Origin: Mobula birostris
Taxonomy: Eukaryota
DNA: 64,000 nt
Direction: 5' to 3'
NCBI RefSeq assembly: GCF_030028105.1
Contig: NC_092374.1
Span: 32,621,016 to 32,685,015 of the forward strand
Under the pieces are notes generated by a model. The model made no database searches, had not been told where the DNA came from, and was given only the letters and a program-made list of their open reading frames with translations. Shown piece by piece: positions 11,878-25,000 of the stretch. Every line of letters begins with the position of its first letter. The first letter of the stretch is position 1. The position numbers were made by a program, and so were the translations under genes.

Positions 11878-14800
11878 GCTGGGGGAACTCAGCAGGTCAG
11901 GCAGCATCTATGGAGAGGAATAATGATTCACCGCTTGAATGGATGCTACCTGAAATCCTCCAGATTTTCACTACAGTATCTGCAGATTCTTTTATATTTA
12001 TGAAGCAGATGGAGTAAATGTGGGAAAATAAGGCAATTCAAAGTGATAATGAAAACAGAAGAAATATTTTAAAGATAAAGCTAGTAAAAGGCTGTGGTGG
12101 AGAGGATCTTGTCATGCTGGTCATGAGACAGGAAGTAAATATGTTGCTATCTCATGCAACTAGGAAGGCAAATTGTATGTTAATCTTCATTGTAGGTAGA
12201 ATAGGAACACTAATGTACAGTAATCTTGCTGAGATTGTACATTCTCTAAGATCTCTTTGGAAGAACTGCATGTAATTTTTATTACTGCATTCAAAGAAAG
12301 ATTTACACGCCTTGAAAACAGTGCAGCTTCAGTTAATCAGACCCAAGATGGAGCTACCTAATGAAGAAAGATTCAAGTTGACCCGCACTCACTGAAGAAA
12401 GTCACTGACATTGTGAATGGCAGACCAGTCTGTAAACACCATTTTACTGACTCCTATTTCTGTTTCTTGGGTCCTTAGAAATGCACCATGCTATACTGCA
12501 TTTCCACATTCAATGTTATTCTTCCCAGTTTCCAACAATGGTGAATTTGTATTGCAGTGCTAAATGCAGCAGCAAATTGAAAATGGAAGACCATAATCCA
12601 GATATACAGTACTTCCCAGTTTTGGAGCAACAGCAAGAGATTTACAAACATTAGTCGTAATTATAAGAGCATAGAAATAGGTCATTTGGCCTAACATGGG
12701 CATGCCACTATTTATGCCTTGTAATTTTATATATTTCTATTAGGTCATCCCCGGTCTCCTTCACTGAAGGGAGAACAAGACCAGCCGATCTAAAATTCTC
12801 CATGACTGAGCCCTCCAGTTCTGCTGAACCTCTTCTGCACTCTTTCTAGTTTGTCAAATCTTTTCTACGGTGCGGCGATCAGAACTGCGCACAATACACC
12901 AAGTGCAGCCTAACCAGTGTTTTGTAGAAATGCAATGTAGTTTCATAACCCTTGTGTTCTTTGCCCTATCCTGCGAAGGCAGGCATGTCTTATGCCTTCA
13001 TTGACCTCTCGACCATTATTGCCACTGTCAGGGAAATGTGGACTTGGACCTGCAGGTCTTTCATCAAATGGTAGCATACTACCATTTATTGTATGTGTCC
13101 CATCATAATTTGACTATTTAATATGCATTACCTCATGCTTGATGGGATTAAATGCCATCTGTCAATACTCTATAAACTTTTCATCAGATCTGTATGCTGC
13201 TACAGCCTTAGACTACCTTCCTCACTCTCCCTAACACCACTTAGATCGCTGTATGCCAGGACAAATAGGTGCAAGAACAGTTTCTTTCCGTGTGCCATCA
13301 GTCTTATGAACACTTGAATTTTAGTCTATTATAAACCAAGTCCACCTGTACATACACAGGTATACCTCATTGTATATAGTTCACGATTATTTGCACTATT
13401 GTTTTGTTTGCTTTTTGATTCTGTACAGCGAGAGCTCAGGGAAACCGGCATCAAATTCCCTGTATGTGTCCACATACTTGGCGATAATAAAGGATTCTGA
13501 TTCTAATGTCAATTTAAAATTGTTCCCTATGAAGCCCAGGATGTCGTGCATCTGTTTTGTTTAATTAGGCAATGTGTCTATGATGAAGGGTCCACCTAAT
13601 AAATTCTTAAAATTGGATTGCAATTCTGTGTTTTTCAGAGGTCCTACTTTCTATGGTTTCATGATGTTCTGGTTAATTCAGGTGTTTTCCTAACTGATCC
13701 AACGTGTAGCCCTGGGAAATGTCTCTGCCAACCATGCTGCAAAATTAAACCAATTCACACATGGCCTATATCCCTCCATTCTCTGCCTGTCTAAATATCC
13801 CTTAGACATTGCTATCATATCTGCTTCCCTCACTTCCCTTGGCAGTGCATTCTGGACACTAATCACCCAGTGTTTAGAAATAAATCTTGCCTTGCAAGTC
13901 TTTAAACATTTCCCCCTCTCACCTGGCTGGAGTTCTGTGACCATTCAGCCCATTGACTCTGCAGTGCCATTCTATTATGGCTAATTTATTATCTCTCTCA
14001 GTCCTATTCTCCTACCTTCTCTCCATAACCTTCGATGCCCTTGCTAATCAAGAAACTACCAACTTTTGCCATAATGACTTGGCTGTCATAGCTGTCTATG
14101 GCAATGAATTCCACAGATTCACTACGTTCTGGCTAAAGAAGCTCCTTCTTATCTCTGTGCTAAAGGGAAATCTTTGTATCCTGAGGCTGAGTCCCCTGAT
14201 TCTAGAGCACCCCCTCCCCCCCCCCGCCCCCCACTATTGGAAACATTCTCTCACTGTCCTCTCTATGAGGTCTTTCAATAAGAACCCCCTTATTCTTCTA
14301 AATTCCAGTGAATACAGGCCTAGAGCCATCAAACGATCTTCATACAATTGATGCTGGGACCTCTGCATGTGATATATACAGCATCTGACTTGATTGAAAA
14401 TGTAGATCAGTGGGTTAGTAACTTTAAAACAAAGATTGCTGGAGTTGTAGACAGTGTAGAAGGCTGTCAAAGGGTACTGCAGAATATGGGCAGAGAAATG
14501 GCAGATATAGTTTAATCTGAGCAAGTGTGAGGTGTTGCACTTTGGGAGGTGTAGTTAACAATAGTACCCTTAGCAACTTTGTACAGGGGGATCTTGGAGT
14601 TCCAGTCCATAACTCGCTGAATGTGGCCACGTAGGTAGATGGGATGGTAAAAAAGACATATGGCCTGCTTTCTTTGCCACTTTCATTGGTCAAAACTTTG
14701 AGTATGATTCAGGAAGTCGTGTTGCAGCTACAAATGTATATAAAGCTTTGGTAAGGCCCACTTGTAGTATTGTGTGCAATTCTGGTCGCCCCATGCAGGA

Positions 14801-17044
14801 AGGATATTGGATGGTTTGGAAAAGTGGTGGTGTGGGGGGGGGGGGGGGGGGAAGGTTTATCAGGATGCTACCTGGATTAAAAGGTATGAGCTACACGGAC
14901 AGGTTGGACAAACTTTGGTTGTTTTCTCTGGAGTGTTGGAGACTGAAGGGAGTGTATGAAATTCTAAGGGGCATGGATAGGGTAGATAGTAGAATCTGTT
15001 TCCCACAGTAAACATGTAACAGGATATGTATTTAAGGTGAGAAGTTTAAAGGAGATGTGCAGGCAAGTATATGTATTTAAGGTGAGAAGTTTAAAGGAGA
15101 TGTGCGGGCAAGTTTATTACACAGAATAGTAAGTGCCTGGAATGGGCTGCCAGGGCTAGTGATGACAGCAGATACGATAGCAGCATTGAAGAGGCTGTTA
15201 GAAGCATGAATAGGCAGAAAATGGAGAGATTAGTATCCTGTACATGGCAGAAGAGGCATTGTGTTTGGTGCAGACATTGTGGGCCTGATTCAGTATTGTA
15301 CTAACCTATGTTCTATACTTCAAGTTCTCTTGTTCTGGCAACATCTTTGTGGATTATTTCTGCACCCTAACTTAACTATATCATTCCTATATTGTAATCA
15401 GGACTGCATACAATTTTCCAAGTGCAGTCCCACAAGTCTTTTACAGCTGGAATATGGTTCCATTATGATGACATTGAGTGTGAAGTTGTTATGGCACCAC
15501 TCACCAGGTGTTCTGTTTCACTCCTGTACACTGGCTCATCATCATTGTATTCAATGGAGGCAGATGTCATCTTTTCCAACTTGTCTGTCTATGTCACCAT
15601 TTTAAGGGAACTATGCACCTGTACTGTTAAATCTTTCTGTTGAAAAACATTCTCAGTCTGTCATTCACTGCATATCCTGACATCCTGACGACATACCAAA
15701 ACAAATCACTTCACACTTGTCTGAGTTAAACTCCACCTGCCACTCCTTTGCCTACTTTCCTACTTGATCGAAATCCTGTTGTAACCATAGACAATTTCCT
15801 TACTGTCCAATATGCCACCAGTTTTGGATATCCTCTACAAACTTATTAATCAGGCCACCTACTCATCCAACTCATTAATGTATGTAACAAATCACAGTGA
15901 CCTAGCATCAATTGCTGAAGTACAACTCTGAACAATCAACAGATGGCTCTCCACCATCTTCTGACTCTTTCCACCAAGCCAATTTTGTATCCAGTTAGCT
16001 AGCTCACCCAGTAATCTCACCTTTTGGAACAGTCTACCACGTCTGTCCTTCTCAAAAGCCTTACTACATTCCATATAGACAATGTCTACCATCCTGCCTT
16101 AGTCAATCCTCAAGGTTACTGACCTCTTTCAAAAAAAAAACATTTCTGAGACACAATTTCCCACAAACAAAATCATGCTGTTTATTCCTAATCACCATGG
16201 CAGAGTAGTGGTTACCACAACAGTTTACAGTACTAGCAATCCGGCTTCAATTCCTGCCGCTGGCTGCAAAGAGTTTTATGTTCTCTCCATGACTGTGTGG
16301 GTCTCCTCCAGGTGCTCTGGTTTTCTCCCACAGTCCAAAGGCATACTGGTTGGATATTAATTGGTCATTGTACATTACCCTGTGATTAGACTAGTTACAT
16401 TGGGGGTTATCCATGCTGTATCTCAATCACTAAATAAATAATCAGTCCTCCAAATGCTGTTTCTCAAAATCACCTTCAGTGACATTGGGGTCAACTTTCC
16501 TCACACCATTGATTCTGGTGTTATCTGCCTAATCACTAATCAGGCCACTTACTATCTAATTCCTTTTTGAAGGTCTTATTTCTTCTATCATTAATCTAGG
16601 CACATGAAATGAACTCTCAAATGAAGAAACTTTAAATAGGGAAGAAAGAATTAATAATATTGATATTGGTCTAACATTCTTCCCCTTCAATTACTTTTCT
16701 CTTTCACAATTAGCATGTTTAATACTGCATTTATATAATTATGTCAAGGCTATTTTTTTGTGACTATATTTAACAGATTGCAAGTACTTGAAGAAGAATT
16801 AGCTTCAGTGACTCGTGAAAGGGATATGAGTGTGAAGGAACGTAATATCACAATCCTGGAAATTCAAGAACTGCAAAATCTCAACCATGAACTTCAGGAG
16901 CTAATAATAAAGCTTGAAAATTCTAAGATTAATGCTGTACGTAAGTATCCTAAATATGGTGTTGAGATGGTCCCTGTACCGCCATTGACTGATGGGCAAA
17001 TAAGTCTGCTTACCTTCAATCAACATGGACAAATAATTGATTAA
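3571..17044 (+). CDS. Uncharacterised CARD + coiled-coil protein, 286 aa; join(3571..3631,3818..3969,6357..6525,7270..7344,8580..8715,16777..17044)
   Basis: All junctions are GT-AG and phase-compatible (1,0,1,1,2); total 861 nt, open. CARD: HRSVIRSHFVFLLKELKL...LKEKDVLTTEQVGQIE|LESLPELKVAKLLEIV...FKSFCGVLGEMGYWYLAQTL. Heptad-rich C-terminus. AATAAA at 17149. Confidence 0.82.
3818..3969 (+). CDS. CARD-CC gene exon 2 (CARD helices 1-3)
   Basis: Acceptor caacag|GT; donor GAG|gtaagg. Confidence 0.88.
4940..6040 (-). mobile_element. Old degenerate LINE fragment (CR1/L2 group)
   Basis: Decayed RT-like and tail-like sequence similar in character to 40020-41900; no intact ORF. Confidence 0.45.
6357..6525 (+). 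CDS. CARD-CC gene exon 3 (CARD helices 4-6)
   Basis: Acceptor gtgcag|TTA; donor ACAG|gtaaag; encodes KVAKLLEIV..FKSFCGVL..YLAQTL. Confidence 0.9.
7270..7344 (+). CDS. CARD-CC gene exon 4 (75-nt symmetric linker exon, skippable)
   Basis: aag|GT...CCAG|gtaggt, phase 1-1, open frame GSRSTQPTLGDWKSAKLHHPILEP. Confidence 0.6.
8580..8715 (+). CDS. CARD-CC gene exon 5 (start of coiled coil)
   Basis: ccttgtag|GA ... CAAAG|gtaaat; encodes KEANKNLKEDNLELGQKVGLMREEYLQ. Confidence 0.82.
8740..11757 (+). mobile_element. CR1-type LINE, most of ORF2 (APE + RT) with many stops and frameshifts, in CARD gene intron 5
   Basis: ..YLNAR.., MGDFN, GPDGLH, NYRPVGLTSVVGKMLES, KSCLTNLLEFFE, VYLDLQKAFD, FADDTK, VRLHLEYC; CR1 3' tail. 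Confidence 0.92.
11799..11875. repeat. (CA)n microsatellite, abutting a Penelope-derived short repeat
   Basis: Perfect AC dinucleotide run. Confidence 0.97.
12670..16180. mobile_element. Cluster of CR1 fragments in alternating orientation, plus a Rex/Babar-like 3' tail at ~13240-13505
   Basis: Repeated CR1 RT C-terminal motifs (QFWSPH, LFSLE.RL.G, VDIVYM..SKAF); Rex-like ARTNRCKNSFFPCAI followed by AATAAA and a GATTCT tail. Confidence 0.8.
16196..16440 (+). mobile_element. V-SINE-like tRNA-derived SINE, degenerate
   Basis: V-domain-like core GTGGGTCTCCTCCAGGTGCTCTGGTTTTCTCCCACAGTCCAAAG; AATAAA-rich tail. Confidence 0.7.
16777..17044 (+). CDS. CARD-CC gene exon 6 (coiled coil; terminal exon, or spliced at the internal donor 16940|gtaagt)
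   Basis: taacag|A is phase 2 and fits exon 5; encodes LQVLEEELASVTRERDMSVKERNITILEIQELQNLNHELQELIIKLE. Confidence 0.85.
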
Positions 17045-18158
17045 TATAATGTAATTGCATTGAATACTTTACTGTTGCACTGTTGCCTGAGCCTGTGACA
17101 CTAAATGAAGTACCAGTCAGCATGTTTAGAAGGAACATCTAACTGAAAAATAAACTGCTGCGTAAATCCTTAGAATTAATAACTACTTTTCATTCAAGTT
17201 GTGTGCTGTGGCCTGATTGTTTCACTTTGTGTTTGTACATCCAGAATTCTCATACAACCAAGGAAGATTAGACTGTTTTTATGAAAATTAGCTGATATAG
17301 TGTATTTTATTATACAAAATAAATCAAAAGATATTTTCAATTTAGCAACATTGTTACATAAGAGCAGTAAAATTGTAGCAGCAACATCTTTAAAGATTTG
17401 GCACTTCACGTGAAGAGTACAGCCATTGAGCTCTTCATTTTACATTTAGAACTGCAATGTAAAACATAATTCTTTAAAAGGACAAGGAAATGACATAAAT
17501 GGGTAATTTATTTGAATTCTCGTCACATGCCGGTGATAATAAATCTGATTCTGATACTAGTGTGCAAATATGAATATATTAGTCGAGTTCTTAGAACATT
17601 GTTCATGCAACTGGCATTTTCACATTCTCCAAGACTGGGACTATACTGCATTAAATGGATGAACATACTGTTTATTGCAGTACCCCTCTCTCTCTCTCTC
17701 CACCCCTCCCAACCTTCAAGGATCATCATTAAATAGTCAAAATGCATCAGTTATTTTTATAAAAGTCATTAGTATTATAAAAACAGAAAATGCCTAAACT
17801 ATTCAATGGATCAGACAGCATCTGCTTCAAGTTAAGGCTTTTTAAAAAAAAAAATTTCCAGTTCTTATGAAAATTCAAATGTATTAAGTTTCAGGGGTAG
17901 TGTTTCATGACCTGAAATGTAATTTTTGCTGCCCGCAAAAAATGTGTTGCTTGCCTTACTGTATTTGCAGCAACTTTTATTTTCCTTCAGATTTCCAACA
18001 ACTGCAGCTTTTGGTTAACAATGACCATTCCTACCTCTATTTGGCTTTGAAAGTCATGAAGCTATTCTTATCCCATTTATTAGATAGAGGTTTAATATAT
18101 TTACTTCATTTTATAGTTCCCTTTGTTTTCATTACCTTTTTAAATATGAAAATAAGTA

Positions 18159-18311
18159 TAGTCCACCTTCACTAATCCGACTACCTGTAATCTTGTTCCT
18201 TCAATAATCCGGCACTGCTTATGCTTAATGTGATCCTTCTGTAATTCAGCATTTTCACTAATCTGGCACTCCTCAGGTCCCAATGGTGCCGGATTAGTGA
18301 AGGTTGACCTG
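18159..18311. mobile_element. Tigger/pogo-like MITE
   Basis: About 22-bp terminal inverted repeats (TAGTCCACCTTCACTAATCCG / CGGATTAGTGAAGGTTGACCTG) flanked by TA. Confidence 0.75.
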
Positions 18312-21300
18312 TACTAGTTCAGTTTATCTAACTTCCATAGATTCTGTCCCTACTCTTGCAGATGCTCAAGAGGCCTCCTGGCTGCCTTCAGTAAAATAAC
18401 AATTCCATAATGCATTAACTTTTGCATTTAGAACCTATCTTCTCAGTGAGCTTTTTGCATTATAATTGATATCAAATGACTGCCAAGAGTTGATTTATTA
18501 TTCTGCCAGTCTCATACTGGCTACCTACTTTCAATAATTATATATGGAGGGATTGGATTGTACTTATTAACAAAGTAAAGGAACAATCATAGTTTTTGTC
18601 TGACAACTTTCCATTAATATAAGTATAGGACATTTTTAAATTCTCAGTGTTGCCATTCAAGGTATATATTAATGTACCTCATTTCTGGATACAGTAAAAT
18701 GTAAATGAAGTTAGTAACCTTGATCTGGCAGTAATTTCAATTTATTACTAACAATCCTATCAACAGAACAAAAACAAGTGAAAATTTAATGTGGTTAGTT
18801 CATTATAAAATGCAACAACTTTCAATAGTGGAGATGCTGGAATTGAGAGAAGCCAAATTACCAGAAGTGCAATGTTTCAACAATAAATGCAGAATTTTTT
18901 GACTGTACATAAAATTGTTAAAATTTAGTCAAAAGCTAGATGTAGCAGAACTTGTAGATCCTTTTTAAAAGTAACCCTTTATTCAATCACTTTGGAGGTA
19001 GTTTGAATATTGAGATTTTTATTTCACCTATGTAATTTGCAATTGAAACTGAACTAATTTGAAAGAGTTGTTCCTCATTAACTACCCAAAACAAAATTCT
19101 TTTCGCATTCAGGCTATTGCGTATATGCCAGTCAAAAAGACAGTTTATCACTGATAAGACCTGTGCTGATCACTAGTTACACGCTTCAGAGATTTTTGCT
19201 TCCATACAATAGAGCACAGAATAGGCCCTTTGGTCCACTATGTCTGCATTAAGACTTGACTGGATCATACAGGGACTCAGGTAAAGTTTGGCAGTGATCA
19301 GATTAAAATTAGATTTTATACCTGCCTCCCAATTTTACTTCTGATTTATGTAGGTAAGGGATTGCAGGGCCCCAAGATAAAAAGTAGGATAGGACATTGA
19401 TTTTTGAGTGTGGACAAGGAGGAAAAGATTACTTTTTAAACTCTGGGAAGAAAAATGTTTAGCCTCAGATTAAACTGTCAACATCCTACCTTTTTTTTAA
19501 AAAAAAATGCTGAATAACTTGGAACATTTCCCTTAAGAGTTTTAAAAGTTCAAGAACCAGTAATTAGCAGACAAATCCTGCATTATCTTCCTCTTTCACT
19601 TTGTGAATATCATTTAATGCAATGTCCAAATTTACAGAAGGCAATTTGGCCCATTATGCCTGTGCTGCTCCTTACAGTTTCCATTACAATCAGCCTTTTG
19701 TGGTTCCACCCACAACAATCTCCCCTCAACTTAAACCTAAAAATGTGTGTCAATGTGTGAGGGCTATAAAAATGCACAAACTGAAATATTTTTTTTTAAA
19801 AAATCAGCAAAAACAGGAAATATTCAGTTTAGGAAGCACTTGTGCAGGGGAAGAGTTAATGTTTCAGGTAAATTGCTGTTCTTCAGTACAACGGAAACAA
19901 GTAGGTTTTAGTTTACAGGGGATGGGAAGGGTTGACTGAAGGGAATTTCACAAATGGTGTGGGAATTGAGAGGCTGTCTGATAGACAGTGGTAGTGCCAG
20001 CTGAGAGCAGATGAAGGTTTGTTAATTGAAGCTGACCTGATGTGATTATAGCTGGTGTGATGCAAGTAGAGGATGATAGAGGCAAACTGGAGAAAGAAAA
20101 TGAGGGCACTGAGGTATCAACACAGTAGGAACTGGAAATCTGAAACAAACAAGGATGCTAGAAAAGCTTTTCAAAAAAAAAAGACAGCATATGTTGAGAA
20201 AGAGAAAACTGGGGTAGTATTTACCTTTCTTTCAGATTGAAATTCTGTCCAGAATTCTTTAAACCCAAGAATTTATCTTGAGAAGGATGCATGGAACTGC
20301 AGTTTCTTACATCCTTTTCTACCATCCATAAATCCAAATATACCTGTCATAGTCAATTCCTTGATTTTCCCTCTCTATCCCTATGCTCTTTAATTTAAGA
20401 CACTCTTACTTTTCTAATACCAATGCAAAGTCTTCACACTAACATAATTTTCTCTCTCCAGTGATGCTGCCTGACCAGCTGAATGCTTCCACCATTTTGT
20501 TATTTTTGTTTTGTTTTTTGTTAAGCTCAAGCAGCACATTTTCTATCCTAACCATCTGAATTTTTAATATAGACACTTAAGATACAAAATAATTATGGTT
20601 CTCAGTAAAAACCTGTGGTGAAGTTTTAATGTTAACAATAAATAGGCCTTTCTCTCCACCCACGCATGTTCTCAGGCATTTATTAACTCAACTTGTTTTG
20701 ATCAAGAAGTATTCAACTGCGTTAAGTCTTTCCTGCAATGGAACAACAGGTCAGAGGAAAAAGAAAACTACTGAATAGAAATTGAATGGATTTCTAGATG
20801 GATTTGTTCACTCTCAAATCAAAGTAATAGGTTATTTGTAACGTCTTTTATACACAACTGTTTTTGTAACACTTTTTGTTCAAACTTCTCAGTTTTGAAT
20901 CGTCATCTACTTAGCATTGTTCACACCCTATGTTAGAATAACTAACAAAATGAAAATGCTTAGCAGGTCAGGCAGCATGTGTGGACAAAGTTAATATTTC
21001 AGTGAAAAGTGATCAATCTGAAACATTAATTCCCTTTCAACAGATGCTGCCAGCTGTTCTTTCCCAGCATTTCATTTTTATCAAGGATTTCCTTTATCTG
21101 CAGTTTCCTTTATTTTCTTGATTACTTTCAAAATCTACTAAGTATGCAGAAGCTATAGCAGATATGTAACCAGGATGCCTCCCATTCCTGTGGCTCAACT
21201 TGGTGATTTGAGCAGAATACACATTTCCAAACATGTGACCTGAAATTAAAAAGTAGTTGTGGACTTCTCCTCTAGGAGCAGCTCCAATTACACAAATTTC

Positions 21301-21761
21301 AAGCCTTAAGTTCTAGTACATAAAGTAACAGCCATATCATCATTATGTTTTGACATGGTGAATTCAAGGATGCACTATTTTACATAACTCAGAGGCAGAT
21401 GGGGCAGTTGAGGTATGATCAGACCCAAACCAACTGAATGATCTATTATATGTCTATGCAAGGTGCAAGCCATGATTATACCCACTTAACTATAAAATCA
21501 TGATAAGTTACAAGAACAGTTTTTACATTTCAACAAATGCATTGACAAAATGCACCAAAACACTCATCCTTTAGAAAGATCATCTCATATACAAACCAGT
21601 TATAGAGCAAATTGCATTATAAGGATGTTCTAAATTGACAGATTAACATCAACAGTATTCTAATATGCAAAGTATGATTAGTAATTTAAATTATAAAACT
21701 GACAGAATATTTACGTATTAAAGTATTCTGATATGGATGAAAATTAAAATGGTTACAGTGT

Positions 21762-22004
21762 TTAGCTGACATATGGCCTGGTGTAGATTGCCTTTAATGC
21801 AAGTAATAATTTAATAACTGGTGTGCACAATGCTGTAATTACAGGCAGGCTATAATATTGAAGGTAAAATGAGATATCGTGGACTTTTATTAACCCAAAT
21901 ATTTTCAAAATCCCCCGTTTTGTTGGAGGAAGGCATCGGAATCGCCAGTAGCTAACAATGTCATGGTAGCAGTGAAGATCATGCCCTGATACTGCTAGGT
22001 CGGC
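21762..22004 (-). CDS. 4-TM gene last coding exon (TM4)
   Basis: ttgcag|GCC; encodes ADLAVSG...YWRFRCLPP...FYLQYYSLPVITALCTPVIKLLLAL...YVS*. Confidence 0.88.
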   Translation of the reverse strand, partial: ADLAVSGHDLHCYHDIVSYWRFRCLPPTKRGILKIFGLIKVHDISFYLQYYSLPVITALCTPVIKLLLALKAIYTRPYVS

Positions 22005-25000
22005 CTGCAAATAGAAATAATTAATTTTCACCAAGTGCATAAATTAATTTTTCATTTTTGCAGAGAAATGCTTATGTTCATGAGGCTATTTATCCTTAAC
22101 TTTTATTAATGTTTAATTTACATATGTAACCAAATAAATTACTCCAAGGTTCTTAACAAGAGCATAACTAAAAAATATTTTTGTCAACAGACTACAGGGA
22201 GCAAAGCAGGATGGTTGAACTGAAGCCTGGTCTTAAGGATTGTTGTCAGGGAGGACAGAGTCAAGATGGAAGGACCATAGAGAGCTTGGAAGTTTAGGGC
22301 TAAAGCAACTAATAGAGCTATATGAACACTAATAGTAAAACAAGATGGGACACAAAAAGTTAACCAGTAGAACTTTGCACTGTGAAGTCCAAGGGAAATA
22401 AGGCAGTGGACAAAATTTTCGATAGCAGATAAACTGAGATGGGCAAATGCAGGCAACATTAGAGGTAGAAATAGGCAGTTGTGGTGATTCATTAATTGGA
22501 AAATTTATCTCTGGTGCAAACAAATCAACTTACAAATGCAAACACAAGGAAATCTACAGCTGCTGGAATTTCAAGCAACACACATAAAAATTGCTGGTGA
22601 ACGCAGTAGGCCAGGCAGCATCTAGAGGAAGAGGTAAATCGATGTTTCGGGCCGAGACCCTTACAAATGCTTTGGCTTTGTTATGCAGTTGCCAGGTTTG
22701 GAAATACAAGCTAAGGAACTTGGAAATACAAGTTAACATTGGTTAAATTCCAGTACCATGATTTATGATTTGTAAATCATAAGACCATTTACCATCTACA
22801 TATCCATCTAAAAGGAAATTAAAGTCTGGTATTAGAACAGAAGGCAAATTCCAGTATTTAAGTTACAAGAAATACAGTAAAACATCAAAACTATTTACAA
22901 CTACCCTGTATATCAATGCATCCACATTCCACTTTATATACCAACAGTGACTAGTTGAGAGATCATTCTGATTAGAAGATTTGGCCCGACATACTGTACA
23001 ATCATTTAACAAATGCTCAACAAAATAGTGCAGTGAAAGTTGTCCTCTATAAACCTATATAAATTTACTTCACACTTTGATGGATTATGTTTGTGTGTGA
23101 ATAATGAACTGCTTTTGGCAATCAGCATTATTTACTCTGTAGGCATCGTGGTGTAGATTAGAAACAAATTTATTTAGACCTAAAAATACTGAGAAGACAT
23201 AATCTAGACATAGGAGTGCATTTAGTGATCTTGCTGCTGGAAGTTTATACTCTCTCTCTCAGCCACTCATCTTGGCAGCAGTATGCTGCCATTATTAAGA
23301 AGCACAGACACCACAAAATCTCAATAGGAGGTTACAATCAGTTTCTCAGCACAACTGGCACTGAAACACTCGTCTTTTTAAAAATAAAAAAGTGGATATG
23401 TTTACGTTGGAATGTGGACCAAAGTATAGCTGAAGCATTGATGAGGGGAAGTCAGTGCAGAGCCCTTTTGCAAAATACAGTGGACTCTAGTTAAATGAGC
23501 CATTGGTTAATCAGGGCAGCAACTTATTTGGGACAACTATTAAAGAACAAGTAGTAATCAAAATAGCCAGGATTCCCTTTGTTTATTTGGGACACAATGT
23601 CGCTAATTGGGACAGGAGACTGTTGCCAAATAGTTTCTAACCAGTGTCAGTTGTGTGTAGCTGGTAGACAATATACCGTGCTTAGAGGGAACGGTTTATA
23701 AATAGTATCAGCTGCTCATGTTCGTGTTCAAAAAGCAGTGATTTCTGTCAGTGATAGTTAGTGAGAAATAAGCAGTAAGACAATTCAGAACTATTTTGCT
23801 CACTGCCTTTTCAAGCATTCAGGCTTGGAGATGGATATAAATGGCACAGAGTGAAAATGAAACAACTTCACTGCTTCAAGTTAGGAACAATGAAGAATTT
23901 GAAGATAGACAATCATCTTGAATCTTACAATGAAAATGAAGATTTGGAGGATGCAATAATCAAAAGCATATGAAGGCAGTCCATTATCTGGATGCCTGCG
24001 CCAATTTGTTCATTTACAGTCAAAAGAACACAGCAGCGTACACTGGAGGAATTACTGTCGGAAACTATTAGTTCCTAAAACTATAGTACTGTATTATCAG
24101 TAGTGTTCTAATTGGCTCTATATTTCATGAAATATGTAATTTTTACTCAGTATGTCTTTTGTCTTTTCTGTATCTTTTTAACTATTTTTATGAAACTTTG
24201 GCTAGTTGGGGCAGTAGCTTAAAGGGATCAAAATGTACTGGACCCAATGTGTCCCAATTAACTGGAATCCACTATAAATTCACCTAGACCAAAAGGTTTT
24301 AGCAAGATTGGAGACAGGGTAAAAGAACAATTGGTTAGTACCAAACTTAGTGGACAGAAGCCATGCCATGGATTGTGGTCACATGACATTAGAAACAGTT
24401 ATGTAAACCTTGCTGTGCTGCTCAATTGCCATTACAGCACAAACTGAAAATGCTGGAGTATTTGAGATGTTACAGAATTAACAATGATTGTAAGTCTCTG
24501 CCATAATATTTATATTTAAGAAATTCATCTAATTCTATTGAAATTATGATGCAATAGAACAAAATTAGAACTAAAGAACCAGGAGTGAGAATGCACATTA
24601 ATTCATTTGATATGGTCGCTTTTTATGGGACCTTCTCATGGCCCTTTAGACAAAGGTGGTGGGCGCTATCATACAAAGCTGAATTTCTAATTTTAAACAT
24701 AGTTCTTTTGCATCGAGTTGAACTGGTATTACATTTTATTTTACACACTGTGTGGGCCTTTATGTGTCCATATCTTTCTCTAAATGAAATATCTTTTCTT
24801 TAAATAAAAATCAATATTACTCATTCTCATCAACTATCACAGCCTTATAGCATCAACACTCACCTTCTTGCTCTGGCAGCTCTTTTATTAAATTTAATTT
24901 ACTGCACATTCTAAAGTGATAAGGCTTTTCAACAATATACTGAATCCGAAAGCATCAGAAGAATTGCTGGGTACACTGATTACTCATATTTAAGCATTCC

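Noticed and set aside
15025-15113. About 45-bp tandem duplication (also short ones at ~6670 and ~7092)
   Set aside because: Simple two-copy slippage duplications without spacers; not CRISPR-like.
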